Shown: positions 27,909 through 44,200 of the stretch, in pieces
Position numbering within the stretch: position 1 is the first letter of the stretch
Layout of the letters: every line of letters begins with the position of its first letter
Assembly: GCF_964194155.1 (NCBI RefSeq)
Contig: NC_135890.1
Location: 97,154,001-97,218,000 of the forward strand
Source: Cetorhinus maximus
Lineage: Eukaryota
Reading direction: 5' to 3'
DNA length: 64,000 nucleotides
Position numbers and translations under genes: made by a program
The notes under the pieces: generated by a model
Seen by the model: the letters and a program-made list of their open reading frames with translations, nothing else
Told to the model about the DNA's origin: nothing
Databases searched by the model: none

Positions 27909-28665
27909 AGAAATGTGAAGTGATTCATTTTGGTAAGAAGAACATGAGAGACGATATAAAATTCAGGGTCCAACTCTGAAGGGGGTTCAGGAGCAGAAGA
28001 TCCTGGGTGTATATGTGCATAAATCATTGAAGGTGGTAGGGCAGATTGAGAGAGTGGCTAATAAAGCATACAGTATCTCGGGGTTTATTAATAGGACGCT
28101 AGACTACAAGAGCAAGGAGGTTATGTTGAACTTGTATAAGGCACTAGTTCAGCCTCAGCTGGAGCATTGGGTTCAGTTCCAGGCACTGCACTTTAGGAAA
28201 GATGTGAAGGCACTGGTGGGAGCACAGAAAAAAATCATGAGAATGGTTCCAGGGAGCAGGAACTTCGGTTATGAAGATAGATTGGAGAAGTTAGGACTCT
28301 CTTCCTGGGATGAGAGAAGATTTGTTAGAGGTATTCCAAATCATGGACAGAGTAGATGGGGAGAAACTGTTCCCAGTTGTGAAAGGATTGCAAATGAGAG
28401 GGCATGGATTTAAGGTAATTTGCCAAAAGAAGCAAAAGCAACATGAGGAAAAACTTTTTCATGGAGCATGCCTGAGTGTGGTGGAGGCAGGATCAATTGA
28501 GGCATTCAAAAGGAAATTAGACTGTTATCTGAAAAGGAAGAATGTGGAGGGTTATGGGGCGAAGGTGGGGGGAATGGCACTAGGTGAATTGCTCGTTCGG
28601 AGAGCTGGTGCAGACGCGATGGGCCGAATAAGCTCCTCCTGTGGTGTAACAGTTCTATGATTCTG
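27909..28665 (+). mobile_element. 5'-truncated CR1 LINE in intron 7, sense to the gene
   Basis: ORFs 28015-28413 (YKSKEVMLNLYKALVQPQLE) and 28310-28660; TTCTATGATTCT tail. Confidence 0.88.
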
Positions 28666-30012
28666 CAGAGGGTTATTTTGTTGAGCTGCCTGTTCCTGAG
28701 GAAGGCTTTATCTTAATGCTCAGACTCTCATCAGTCCAAACTTGTTGTCTTAGTAGGCCACTTGAGCCACTTTAAAAAAAAAAGGACTGGCTTTTGTTCT
28801 GGATTAGATTCAAAGGCTGGCCTCTGTTTGACCACTTTGCACATTTTCACTTCTCCAGTAACAGAACTGTAGTCCCAGCTTTTTGTTTTGCTGGTTATAC
28901 CACCTGATTTGGTCCTGTAAACATGGAGATCTGCCCCATGGAGGGTGGTCCTGGTAGTCCAATCTAAAAGGCGACCAGTATAAAAATGGTTTGAGCTGTT
29001 TACCCTAGAGCACTGCGGACCACATAAAAGTGATCTTTTGGTTCGCCCCTTTATTTTCCCTCAGGTTGTCAATTTTGTCTGTTCAAAAGCTATTGCTGCT
29101 GACCTCTTAAGTTCAAATGAAATTTGTGCCATTAAGAATATATCCCCAAGCTAAATTACAGATTTCAATTAAAAATTAACTTTGTAAAAAATCTCCTGGC
29201 GAAATTTTAAAGCTGCCTTTGATTTTTGTAGGGTTGCTTAAAACCTTTTGTTTCTGGCTATTTGTATCACACTGGGTTTGAATGTTTCAAGTTTTTAGAT
29301 CCTCCAGTGTGGAAAGTTTATACTCGGCTTCCGCATTGATTTAAGATTTATCCATCAATAAATGGGAGCAGACCTTTCCAAACTGCCAGACCTGCCAAGC
29401 TAAAATAGCCCAGTAGGGGGAAAAATATCAAAGCTTGTCGGAGAATGAATTACCAGGGTTTTGTAGGTCAGGTGGTCTGGGCTTAGTGAGACTGCATTTT
29501 TGATTTTATTTAATATTTTTCTGCTTTGCCTCTTTGATCAAGTAAGTGACAGCCACGACCCAAGGACATTAGATAAAGGGTGAGGGAGAGTCATGAAAAA
29601 TCATTTTAATAGGGCCAACATTCCTTCAGGTCCTCCATTGATCTCCTCGCTTGATTTGAATGAATAACTTTAGGTACTTTATTAATTTTTGAGAGAAATT
29701 ATTGATGCTTTCAGTTATTCTCTATGAATGAACATGGTGAATTGGTATTGTATACACAATCAAATTGCTGGGGACACCTACCTGTGCTTGGTAAATGGTA
29801 GAGAAAAGAGAAAATTCTGAAAACTTGAAACGCGCATCAACAAATCACAGAGTACAAATAAAAAGTAAAACTGTTCTGATGCAGCGTTTTACCTGAAAGA
29901 GAGAGATGAAATTCTCTTTTAATTAAGCTGCTGTGTGTTTTCAGTACTTTGGTTGATCTGTTGTGCGATTAACCGTGTAGGTAAAAGTTGCTGACTCCTT
30001 ATTTTGAGATGA

Positions 30013-30561
<549 letters not shown>

Positions 30562-31481
30562 TGATCAACAAAGAGCAGAAAATTGTCTCAATACTGTTGA
30601 CCTCTTTAATGGCTTGGAGGAGTGAGAGAAAGGGATTGTTCAGCTTGGAGCATGGGAGACTTTTCATTTCTCTGCTGAAGCAGTACTTTCTTTCCTGCGT
30701 AATACTTGCCCCAGTCATCTTGTGGTAATTGACCTCCGATTAGCAGTGTACATGAGAATTGTGTGACAGCCTCTGGAGAATTTAATTTAAATGACATCAC
30801 TCAAATGAGTAAAATCAATGACGAGATCTATTTTAAATGTTTATCAAACTTAATTATCTGTTGTATGATTGAGCTTTTATATTAGAAACAGCTTTAGTTG
30901 GCTTTTATCTACACACTGCAGTGTGCTCGCATATATAGTTTGTATGGATTAATTTATACATATTTGCATGCAAATTGTAGCGCATTGCCAAATTAGTTGG
31001 TGGTGACTAAGAACTTGAATTTTTTTTAAAAGCTATTCTTGCTTCTGTTAGTTAGGCAAGATTTTAGCTTGTGACCCACGTTGAAACCTTTGGAAGAGTT
31101 TAAATGAGTTCTATATATTTGTCCTTCATGTCTTCTTCAGCTTGTAGGATGTGTGCAAGATTTATGTGTGCTGTCAGACATTCAAAATTGGCTGCTAAAA
31201 CAACCTGATTGTTTGCCTCATGGGCTAAAAATGGACTCCTCCGGGAGTACAATTTCTCTACACCAGTGTGGTGTAAAGAATCTCTTGACCTAGACAGTAA
31301 GATTCTCACAGCATTCTCTGATCTCATGAGGCACTTACAAAGTCTGTGTATGTATTAAATTAAATTGAGCTTCATGTGCTGTACCTCAATTTTTTAAAAG
31401 CTATTTCCAGACAAAGACTTTGTGCATGTAGCAACAAACCTAAATTCTGATCTGATATTCTTGCACAATCAGCAGTACCCT

Positions 31482-31535
31482 AAGATGAAAGCAAAATACT
31501 GCGGATGCTGGAAGTCTGAAACAAAAACAGAAAAA
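31482..31535. mobile_element. 54-bp terminal fragment of the Penelope-like family
   Basis: Resembles the reverse complement of 14095-14148; TSD CAGTACCCT at 31473-31481 and 31536-31544. Confidence 0.75.
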
Positions 31536-31695
31536 CAGTACCCTGTTGTGTAATGGAAGCTTTGTTCATGTGTCAGACAATCCCCTTGTCTGAAACATGA
31601 GTTTATATCTTGCTATCCACTTTGATTTGCATTGATCAGCAGCTGATGTGCTATTCTTCACCTAGACTGTCTACTACTTTGTGTCATTTCCATAG

Positions 31696-31785
<90 letters not shown>

Positions 31786-33259
31786 TAAGTACATGTATTC
31801 ATTCTTTTTCAAACCTTTTTCAACCTACATTTGCAGTGCTTCATTTAAAAGTATGGGCCGATTGTCTGTGCACTGTAATCTATATTCCTTTTTTGGGCCA
31901 TGTGTAAAACGCATGTAATATATATCTTACTTCCCAAAAAAATTGCTTCCACTGCAATTCACTTGTCTGATTTACTCTTTTTGCCCCTATACACCAAGAT
32001 CATCAGACATAAAAGCAGCAAAAATTTATTTTTTTTTTTAGAATGTATTGACATCTGGCACTGGGGAAGAATGACCACAATTGCACAATGCAATTACTGC
32101 TAACCTGGTGCCTCATTCTTCAGGGGAGGGTGAAGAGAAGGGAGTGAAAACTATTTTTGCTGTTCCTTCCAAGGTGGGGGACATTGTGGGTGTCTCAGAT
32201 AACCAATAACAACACAATTTGTTAATGCAAATAGAGACCTAAACAAGAATAGAACATCTCCACTGGTGAGCTTTCCAGTGGAAGGTAACAGAAATGGCAG
32301 GATTAGGACATGACCAGATATTTTTGTTATAGTCATACAAATATCTGTGAACTGCTTTCTCCCTGATTTGCTCTCTGTCCTGCCTCCTGACTGTAGAATC
32401 CAAAAGCGCCTCTTTTTGGGCTGTACCTTTCAACAAATTTAAATGTATTCATTGCCCAATCAAAAAGCCAAAGAGAGGAGAGTGTTGTATTTCATCCATC
32501 CATATCCATTGGACCTTGGCTTCAACCAAATTTCATCAGTGCACATGCAGCAATCAAATGCTTTTCAGGCTCGTGTATATGCATCCAGGAATATGAAAAT
32601 GTAGATTCCAAATTTCAGTGTGTCCTTTTTGAAATCTCACACTTCTTGTAGCAGTTAACTTTAATCCAGAAAGATGATTAATTTTGTGCATTTGGCCTCT
32701 AGTCAGTGAATTAAAATTTAGTTATCTTTCTATTGACTCTTGTCATTGATCTGGAAACAACTGTAATTGACATTCATCTTATCAAAGATCTCATGTAAAA
32801 CATTAGCAAAGTATTTGGAGCCACCTCTAGACTTCTGTCAAATTTTGATAGCTATACTCTGGACTATGCTACAATATCAAGATTAAGCCACCCATCTTTG
32901 GAACAGCAACCTTGGATATTTGGAAGGGAACAAATTGCAAATATGTGAAGTCACTAAATTTATAATTCAGGGTATCTTCTTCCTGCATATTTACCTTTTC
33001 ACTTTAATCTTGTCTCATAAGAGTATTTTGTGTTGGATTTTTGCTGGCTTACGCGATTGGAAAATGTTCAAGAATAAACAACAACTTTAATATAAGGTTG
33101 TATGTCAATATTCTTGTCAAGTAAAATCTTACAGCTATCTAAGCAAAGGAAAACGATCATGAAATGAGGATGCTGTAATTTTCACCTCTTTCCCCACTCT
33201 TCTCTTTTCCCCCCCAAACCCCCGTTCCAACCTCCAAGTGAAATATATAAATGAAAGAA

Positions 33260-33680
33260 AGAACTTGCGTTTATACAGTGCATTTCACAACCTCAGGACA
33301 TCCCAAAGCAACCAATGAAGTACTTGGTGTAGCCTTTACTGTTATGCAGGGAAACATAGTGGGTAGTTTGCACCACAGCAAGGTCTCACAGACAGCAAAG
33401 AAATGATGCCAAGATGACTTTTTATTAAAATATGATTTTAGTTCAGAGATACATAGAACACCAGGTGATCATTCTTGCTCAAGTAGTACCGTGCGATCCT
33501 TAACATCCACTGGAGAAGTCAGGCAAGACCTTGGTGTAGTATTGCATCTGGAGGCTGGGACTTCTGTTTGTACAGTCCCTCCATCCTGCGCTGAAATGTT
33601 AGTCTATCTTGTGCTCAAGTCTCTGCAGTGGGGATTGAATCCACAAGCTTCTGACTCAAGACCGTGAATGCCATGGCTGC
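33260..33680 (-). mobile_element. tRNA-derived SINE with L2-like tail, degenerate
   Basis: Reverse complement resembles 15779-16185; tail tttcacaacctcaggacatcccaaagc. Confidence 0.6.
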
Positions 33681-34856
33681 TGATATGGTGCAGGAAGAGG
33701 AAATTGAAAGTAATTTGTGCCCTTGCAATAGAAAAAGTATCCCAAATCGCCTAGCAGCTGCCTGTGGGATTTTATTACCATTGTTATTATTCAGAAGCAG
33801 AATATTTAAGAGCTGACAGGTAGATCTTTCTTTGCATAACTTTTCCAGAATGTCCTAATGTGTTGAGCAATGAGGTGCCCTTATTTTCCTTTTCTGTATT
33901 GTATTAGTGTTTTTTTTAATTAATTGGCCATTTGAAACTTATTTGACTGAACTTTCTATTTCAGTGGTGTTAAATGATATTTTCAAAAATGAAAAATTAA
34001 ATATTGGCTGTGTTCAATCCCTGCTTTCTTAGAATGCCTTGTCATGTTAAAATAAGTTTGAATGAAATAATTCTGGTAATGTGAACTTTATTAGCCATTG
34101 CCAATGCAGATGTTATCTACACTTTACACACCTAGAGCAGTAACTTTTTAGTGGTCAATGAGGGGAACATGGCTAGAAAGGAACATGCATTATTGGTAGT
34201 TGCAGCTTGAAGAGTTTCAGTTTTTAACAGCTGGTGTTACACATTGAGCTTTACTGTGATCAGTGTAATTCTAGCTTTTAAAAATAATATTGTCAGTAAA
34301 AAAAAAAAATTAGTGTTTTGGAATTCAAGTTCCAGGTTTCTGCACGACCTCTGGCTTAAGTGTATGTGCATGTGTTTGAACTCTTGCCATCAATAACATG
34401 AGAGTGGTGCAATCAAGGCAGTGTAACCACAGCTGCCCAGTCACACTGCTGCCAAAAGTGCCTGATGTTGCACCGAATGATCTCGGATAACTGGGGCATA
34501 TATTGCATATCATTGACTAGAGTGGGTGTGACTGCTACCTTCAGCAGCGCTGCAGTTTAAGTACCTATATTGCAGTGCTTGTATTTAATTCCTGTTTCAG
34601 AAGCTGAAATAGAAATGTTAACCCAACTCAGCACACCAGTGAGATCTTATCCAGCTGCATTAGAGGTGATACTGTAACAGAATCCCACAACAGGAATAAT
34701 GGCTTGCAAATCGCAAATAGTTTTTTAAAATTAAATTCAAATTTATGAAACTTGAGCCTGGCCTGAGGCAACTGTCACTAGGACTGCTCTACCCCTCTAC
34801 AAGAAATTCCTCGATTCAATAGAATATTCTGACCTAGAAATTCGAGTTAAGTTTAA

Positions 34857-34976
<120 letters not shown>

Positions 34977-35826
34977 TGAATCAAATATATTATTGCTTAT
35001 CAGTTTCCCATTACTCTGTATATGGGAGCCAAGACCAGGTACATGTCAAACAGGGCTCAAAGATTGGAGCTGGAGGAGGAGGAAAATGGAACTGGGAGAG
35101 AGAGCCAATGCAAGAAGAGGATGGGTTGTGGGGAAGAGGAAAATTAAAAGGAAGAATTCAATGGTGGAGGAGAGGGGACATCAGGACACAGGGAAGGGTG
35201 GGTGGCCATTACTTAATGGCTGGGGGGAGCTGTACTGGGTCAGATTCTGTTTTAGGGAGAGCCGGAGAAAGGTGATTTTTTTTTCTGGGAGGGAATTGCA
35301 GAGAGCAGGTTAGTGTTTTATTTAGAGCAAAAGTTCATATTCTATGCCTAGTTCACAATTTTGAAGCACATATAAGGTAAATGCAAACTGAATGGTGTAT
35401 CTGCTATGACTCAGTGTGTGCAAAGATGATGACATCTCACAAATCTGAAGTAAATTTTAAAATAAAGAAAGAAAATGGATGTGACATAGTGAAGATTTCC
35501 TCCCTTCAAAAGTCTGGCAAAACATTTAAGAGAAGCCTGTTCCCAGTGAATACTTGTGTATTCTAATGTTGTGGTCCGTGTGTGTCTCTTTGATAATTGT
35601 GATTGAGCACTAAATCTCACTTAAATTAAAACATTTCTCCGCTAAATTGGAACACGTTGTGCTGTACTATAATTTAAATTTCTAATACACCTTTGGTTTT
35701 GACCTTCTGAGAACTCGTCGCAACTTGTTACATTAACTATAGGAGAAGTACCCTAGTTGCCATGTGTCGTGATGTCAGAAGTTATTCAAATAATGTGTTT
35801 CTGGTGTCGACGCTAATAAATTTTAA

Positions 35827-35979
<153 letters not shown>

Positions 35980-36006
35980 TAAACTCTGAAGCATTGCTTT
36001 TATTAA

Positions 36007-36474
<468 letters not shown>

Positions 36475-36590
36475 TGAATTGGTTTGCAGAAGCAAATCCA
36501 TTATCAGGGTACAGACTGCCAAAGTACCATAGAAAGTGGTGGGGTCAATGTATAAAGATACTGTAACTATGTTTTGGTTTGTTTCAATAG

Positions 36591-36836
<246 letters not shown>

Positions 36837-38679
36837 TAATACGCTGATGTAAACTTTACACAGGTAACTACTGTTTTAAAAAGTAAATGCTGTCCGGTTT
36901 ATATAATGGCATGGCAGTCAAATGTTTCCTAGTTAGAACATAAGGCAGAGTCATCTTCGTAACACAGACAGATTCTCTCACGTTATTTTCAAGCATTTAA
37001 TAGAGTGTCTGTTCCAGGCATTCCTGAAAGAATTCCAACACCCCTTTTTTTAACAGATGACATTGTGCTATTTGTAGCCTCATCTGAGAATCTAATGTGC
37101 TTCACTAACTAAATGGAATAGTTGGCTAGCCAGTGAGATATGATTGTTGGTGTCTATGGATTTACACAACTCTGGTTTAGATCTCAAAGGTATGATTGGG
37201 AGATGTAATGGACAGCTGTCCTATTTGCATTGAATTGGTACCTGGCAGTTTTGTTGGATGTCAACTTTAGCCTGAACACAAGTCTTTGGAGCCACTCTGG
37301 TAAGGGTCTAGGGCACTTAGCAATTATTGAAGAAAGATGAGAAAAACCAAAGTCCAAAAACAGATTATGCTTGTAAAAGCAATAATGTCCCAGCAATTCT
37401 CCATGGCTCAGATTTCCCAGCCACACAACAGACAAGCTCTTTGGCCCAAGGACCAAACTGTGTGATAAGTTTGCAGCGAGAAAGGGAACTGATATGTGGA
37501 GGAAGGGCTTGGCTGACTGGCCTGTCATTGAGTATCCCAGAGGGGAAGTCAACCTTGCAGTCAGCACAAAACTTCAGTAAAATATTTGGTGATGGGTCCT
37601 TGGGTTTGGATACTTAGAATATCCAGGTGACGTGACATCTTGTTTAAAAAGCAGTCATCCACAACTTTTAAAAGTAGGTGTTGATTATATAACTGATCAG
37701 GAAAGTCTTGAGAATTTATTACAACAAATAGATTGTGTTATCTGGTGGCTGATTATGAAGAAACTTACTTGTGTAGCCAAGGCTTAATGGCTACCATGAT
37801 TGAGTTACAAAGTGAAAAACAGGTACTGCTAAAACTTCATACTTCCACCTAGCGGAACCACCATCCACTATGCCAGGGTGTGTATTTATTGTTGTGGCCA
37901 GGAGGATAATGGTGGTATATGCGTACGTTTTATGGTAAGTTATGTGGCTCACTGTACCACCTCTTTAAGGAACACCTGATGTTTTATGCCGACTTGGCAA
38001 AATCTCATCTACACTTTTCAAATGTCTGATCACAAACTATCCTCCTTGGGTGGATGGAAGGGAAAAGTAAACAGTCCCTTTGAGGTTAAGATGATTCCAT
38101 GGTGATGTGCCGAGCAATAAAGTTGAAACTGAGGTGTGCCCTTCAAGCTAGGCAGACCTGCAATTCTTGATGATTAAAGATCCATCATTTGGGGCTGGGA
38201 CTCTTCCCATTCAGTTGTAGGTAGCAGTACAAAACAATCAGTTAAAACATTTTGAATGGTTGTTGATCTATTTTATGACGTTGACTTCATATGTCCACCA
38301 TTATTTCCTCAAACACTTTTCAAATCATCACATTGATATTAGTATTTGAGTGGTCCTTACTAGATAAGCATTGGACCACTTAACAGTACCCCATTCTTGT
38401 AAATTGTCTAGTCTTGGTTACTTAGATTCCAGGACTACGGCTCACATTTAGGGGTTCCAAATGCTTGGCTTTTGCCAACCTGTCTAAGCTCTCTGGATCT
38501 GCAATAATGTGATATCATGCTATTGAGAAGCAAAGTATAATCCATATTGAGCAATTAGGATTTCTACCTGTATAGCTTTCTTTGTTTGGTTTGAGTATGG
38601 TGATGGGTTTCTATGTATGCCAGATATCTCCCACCAGATAAACATTGGTGGATTTCACCACAGTGATGAGAAGTTTTTT

Positions 38680-38998
38680 TTTTGTTCATGGGATGTGGGT
38701 GTCGCTAGCATTCATTGCCCATCCCTAATTGCCCTTGTTCAGAGGGCATTTAAGAGTCAACCACATTGTTGTGGGTCTGGAGTCACATGTAGGCTAGACC
38801 AGGTAAAGGTGGCAGATTTCTTTCCATTAGTGAACCAGGTGGGTTTTTATGTTTCGTGGTCATCATTAGACTTTTTATTCCAGATTTTTATTGGATTCAA
38901 ATTCCACCATCTGCTGCAGTGCCTGGGTCCCCAGAGCATTACCCTGGGTCTTTGGAATACCAGTCGAGTGACGATACAACTACGCCACTGCCTCCCTC
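38680..38998 (-). mobile_element. tRNA-derived SINE sharing its 3' tail with the Zenon-like LINE
   Basis: Head gggaggcagtggcgtagttgtat (A-box-like); tail gggcaattagggatgggcaat..cccacatcccatgaac-polyA. Confidence 0.65.
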
Positions 38999-39879
38999 CC
39001 TCAAGTATTTGAGCAAAATGGTGTACAGTACATACAGTTTTACCTGTAGTAAATTGCTATCTGCTGATGTGTCTGTCAGGCTGGAACTGTTCCATTGTAA
39101 CTTTTGAACCTTTCTTTGCTCTTGTTACTTTGTAAAACTCATTCAGTGAGACAAATCTTTCAAACAGATTTGAAACGTTTAACTTAGAGGTAATTAAGCC
39201 CATTTGTATCTAATAAATGTATTTCAGTTGATACAAAATTACACCATATTGATCATAGAGTCATAGAATAGTTAGCACAGAAAGAGGCCATGTGGCCTTT
39301 TGTGTTTGCACCTGCTCTCTGTAAGAACTAGTCAGCTGGCCCCACTCCCCCATGTTTTTACCATGTCACAAAATTGATCATTTCATACTTGGCCATATTA
39401 TGTTAACTGATTTTGGCAAAGGAAGTAATTAAAGCAGGGCAACTAATTGGGAACTGTAGTTGCCCTCTGCTTGGCAGGAGAAAATTCATGTACTGCTGAT
39501 TGGTAAGTCCAACTCAAAAAGCCAGCTGACATGCATAAACAGCCAACACTCATCAAACCACATCCTCACAAGACAGGAAGGTAAAAGGGAATAATTATAT
39601 TTACCACTTAAGACCTCTTTGTGATTTTTATTTAATGGTGTAGTGATAGGGTGCTACCCAATAAAGCAAGCCCTGTCAGACAAGTTCACAAAGGCCTCTG
39701 CATTAAGCTAGGATTTTGGGCTAGAAAGAGTTTGGGAATCCAATTGGCCTCAATGTGCCTGCAATAGTAGTTCAAAGTATATTTATAAAAATATCCCCTT
39801 AGTTTGAGCATCATAAAATGCCTAATGTATTAGTATATAGTATTGGTAATTTTTGGAGAATTGTCACAATGTTTTGTAA

Positions 39880-40905
<1,026 letters not shown>

Positions 40906-41288
40906 GGGTTAATGTTTTCCTTGTAGGCAAACAGCTTAAAGGGAACTACCTTCATGGGTAGGAGAATGAATTTTACACAAGTTTCCCTGACTGGCCACAA
41001 TTGACATTTTCCCCATCGAACTACAAGTTGTTATCGTGAAAATGAAGTATTGCTCTTCCTCTATCCCTTAAATAGGCTTTGCCGAACATTTTCATGAAGA
41101 CTGTCCCTTTAACGCAAAGCAGCTTTCATCACAATAATGCATTTGTACACTAAGTTTAATGTATAAGATGTGTTAGCTGTTGCAGATTGATGTATCAATG
41201 TGTTGATATTATTAGATCATGGGCTCCCTGATGATTCAGCTCGTTAGAGTGTGTTTGAACTACAAAGGCCAGGGAGGATCCTTGGTCT

Positions 41289-44200
41289 AAAGAACAAAGA
41301 AAAGTACAGCACAGGAACAGGCCCTTCGGCCCTCCAAGCCTGCACTGATCATATTGCCCATCAACTAAAACATTTTGCACTTCCGGGGTCTGTATCCCTC
41401 TATTCCCATCCTATTCACGTATTTGTCAAGCTGCCTCTTAAACACCACTATCGTACCTGCTTCCACCGCCTCCTCTGGCAGCGAATTCCAGACACTTACT
41501 ACCCTCTGCGTAAAAAACTTGCCCCGCACATTTCCTCTATAGTTTTCTCCTCTCATCTTAAATATATGTCCCCTAGTAATTGACTCTTCCACCCTGGGAA
41601 AAAGCTTCTGACTATCTACTCTGTCCATGCCACTCATAATTTTGTAAACTTCTATCAATTCGCCCTTCAATCTCTGTCGCTCTAGTGAGAACAATCTGAG
41701 TTTCTCCAACCTCTCCTCATAGCTAATAACCTCCAGACCAGGCAGCATCCTGGTAAACCTCCTCTGCACCCTCTCCAACGCCTCCATATCCTTCTGGTAA
41801 TGTGGCGACCAGAATTGCACGCAATATTCCAAGTGTGGCCTAACCAAGGTTCTATACAGCTGCAGCATGATTTCCCAGCTTTTATACTCAATACCCCTGC
41901 CAATGAAGGCAAGCATGCCATATGTCTTCCTGACTACCTTATCCACCTGTGTTGCCACTTTCAGTGACCTGTGGACCTGTACACCCAGATCCCTCTGCCC
42001 TTCAATGCACTTAAGGGTTCTGCCATTTACTGTATAATTCCTGCCTGTATTAGACCTTCCAAAATGCATTACCTTGCATTTGTCCGAATTAAACTCCATC
42101 TGCTATTTCTCCGCCCAAGTCTCCAACCAATCTATATCCCGTTGTATCCTTTGACAATCCTCTTCACTATCTGCAACTCCTCCAACCTTAGTGTCGTCTG
42201 CAAACTTACTAATTAGCCCAGTTACATTTTCCTCCAAATCATTTATGTATACTACAAACAGCAAAGGTCCCAGCACTGATCCCTGCGGAACTCCACTAGT
42301 CACAGCTCTCCATTCAGAAAAGCACCCTTCCACTGCTACCCTCTGTCTTCTATGACCAAGCCAATTCTGTATCCATCTTGCCAGCTCACCTCTGATCCCG
42401 TGCAACTTTACCTTCTGTTCCAGTCTGCCTTGAGGGACCTTGTCAAAGGTCTTACTGAAATCCATGTATATAACATCCACTGCCCTTCCATTGTCGATCA
42501 TCTTTGTCACTTCCTCGAAAAATTCGATCAAGTTAGTGAGATACGACCTCCCCTTCACAAAACCATGCTGCCTCTCACTAATACGCCCATTTGCTTCCAA
42601 ATGGTAGTAAACCCTGTCACGAAGAATCTTCTCCAATAATAACCCTACCACTGACGTAAGGCTCACCGGCCTGTAATTTCCTGGATTATCCCTGCTACCC
42701 TTCTTAAACAATCGAACAACATTGGCCATTCTCCAGTCCTCTGGGACCTCACCTGTAGCCAGTGAGGATACAAAGATTTCTGTCAAGGCCCCAGCAATCT
42801 CCTCCCTTGCCTCCCTCAGTACTCTGGGGTAGATCCCATCTAGCCCTGGGGACTTATCCACCTTAATGTTCTTCAAGACGCCTAGCACCTCTTTTTTGAT
42901 CTCAACATGATCCAGGCTATCTATACACTCTTCCCTAGACAAATCGACTGCTAAGTCCTTCTCTTTGGTGAATACTGATGAGAAGTATTCATTTAGTATC
43001 TCTCCCATTTCTTCTGGCTCCACACACAGATTCCCACCTCTGTCCCTGAATGGGCCTACCCTTTCCCTGGCTACCCTCTTGCTTTTTACATATGTATTAA
43101 AGGCCTTGAGATTTTCCTTAATCCTGGTTGCCAGTGACTTTTCATGACCCCTTTTAGCCCTCCTGACTCCTTGCTTAAGTTTCTTCCTACTTTCTTTATA
43201 TTCTCCACGGGCTTCATCTGTTCCCAGCCTTCTAGCCCTTACGAATGCTTCCCTTTTCTTTTTGACTAATCTCACAATATCCTTCATTATCCAAGGTTCC
43301 TGAAACTTGCCATGCTTATCCTTCATCCTAGCAGGAACATGCCGGTCCTGAATTCTTATCAACTGACGTTTGAAAGCCCCCCACATGTCAGTTGTTGATT
43401 TGCCCTCAAACATCCGCCTCCAGTCTAGATTCCTCAGATCCTGCCTAATATTGTTATAATTAGCCTTCCCCCAATTAAGCACCTTAACCCGAGGACTCCT
43501 GTTATCCTTATCCACCAGTACCTTGAAACTTACTGAATTATGGTCACTTTTCCCAAAATGCTCCCCTACTGAAACTTCGACCACCTGGCTGGGTTCATTC
43601 CCTAATACCAGGTCCAGTATTGCCCCTTCCCTAGTTGGACTATCTACGTATTGTCTCAGGAAGCCCTCCTGCATGCACCTTACAAATTCTGCACCATCCA
43701 AACCCCTAGCACTAAGTGATTCCCAGTCAATATAGGGAAAGTTAAAATCACCCACCACAACAACCCTATTGCTTTTACATCTTTCCAAAATCTGCCTACA
43801 TAACTGTTCTTCAATCTCCCGCCGGCAATTAGGAGGCCTATAGTAAACTCCCAACATTGTGACTGCACCCTTCCTATTCCAGAGCTCTACCCATATTGCC
43901 TCGCTGCATGAGCCCACCGAGGTGTCCTCCTGTCGTACAGCTGTGATATTCCCCTTAACCAGCGGTACAACTCCCCCACCTCTTCTACATCCCTCTCTAT
44001 CCTGCCTGAAACATCTAAATCCTGGAATGTTTATCTGCCAATCCTGTCCATCCTTCAACCAAATCTCTGTAATAGCAATAACATCATGGTCCCAAGTACT
44101 AATCCAAGCTCTAAGCTCATCTGCCTTGCCTGTTATACTTCTCGCATTGAAACAAATGCATTTCAGACCCCCAGTCCCACTGTGTTCAGTAATTTCTCAC

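Noticed and set aside
29378-29480. Imperfect ~21-bp inverted repeat
   Set aside because: Several mismatches and a ~60-nt loop; more likely a decayed small DNA element than a miRNA
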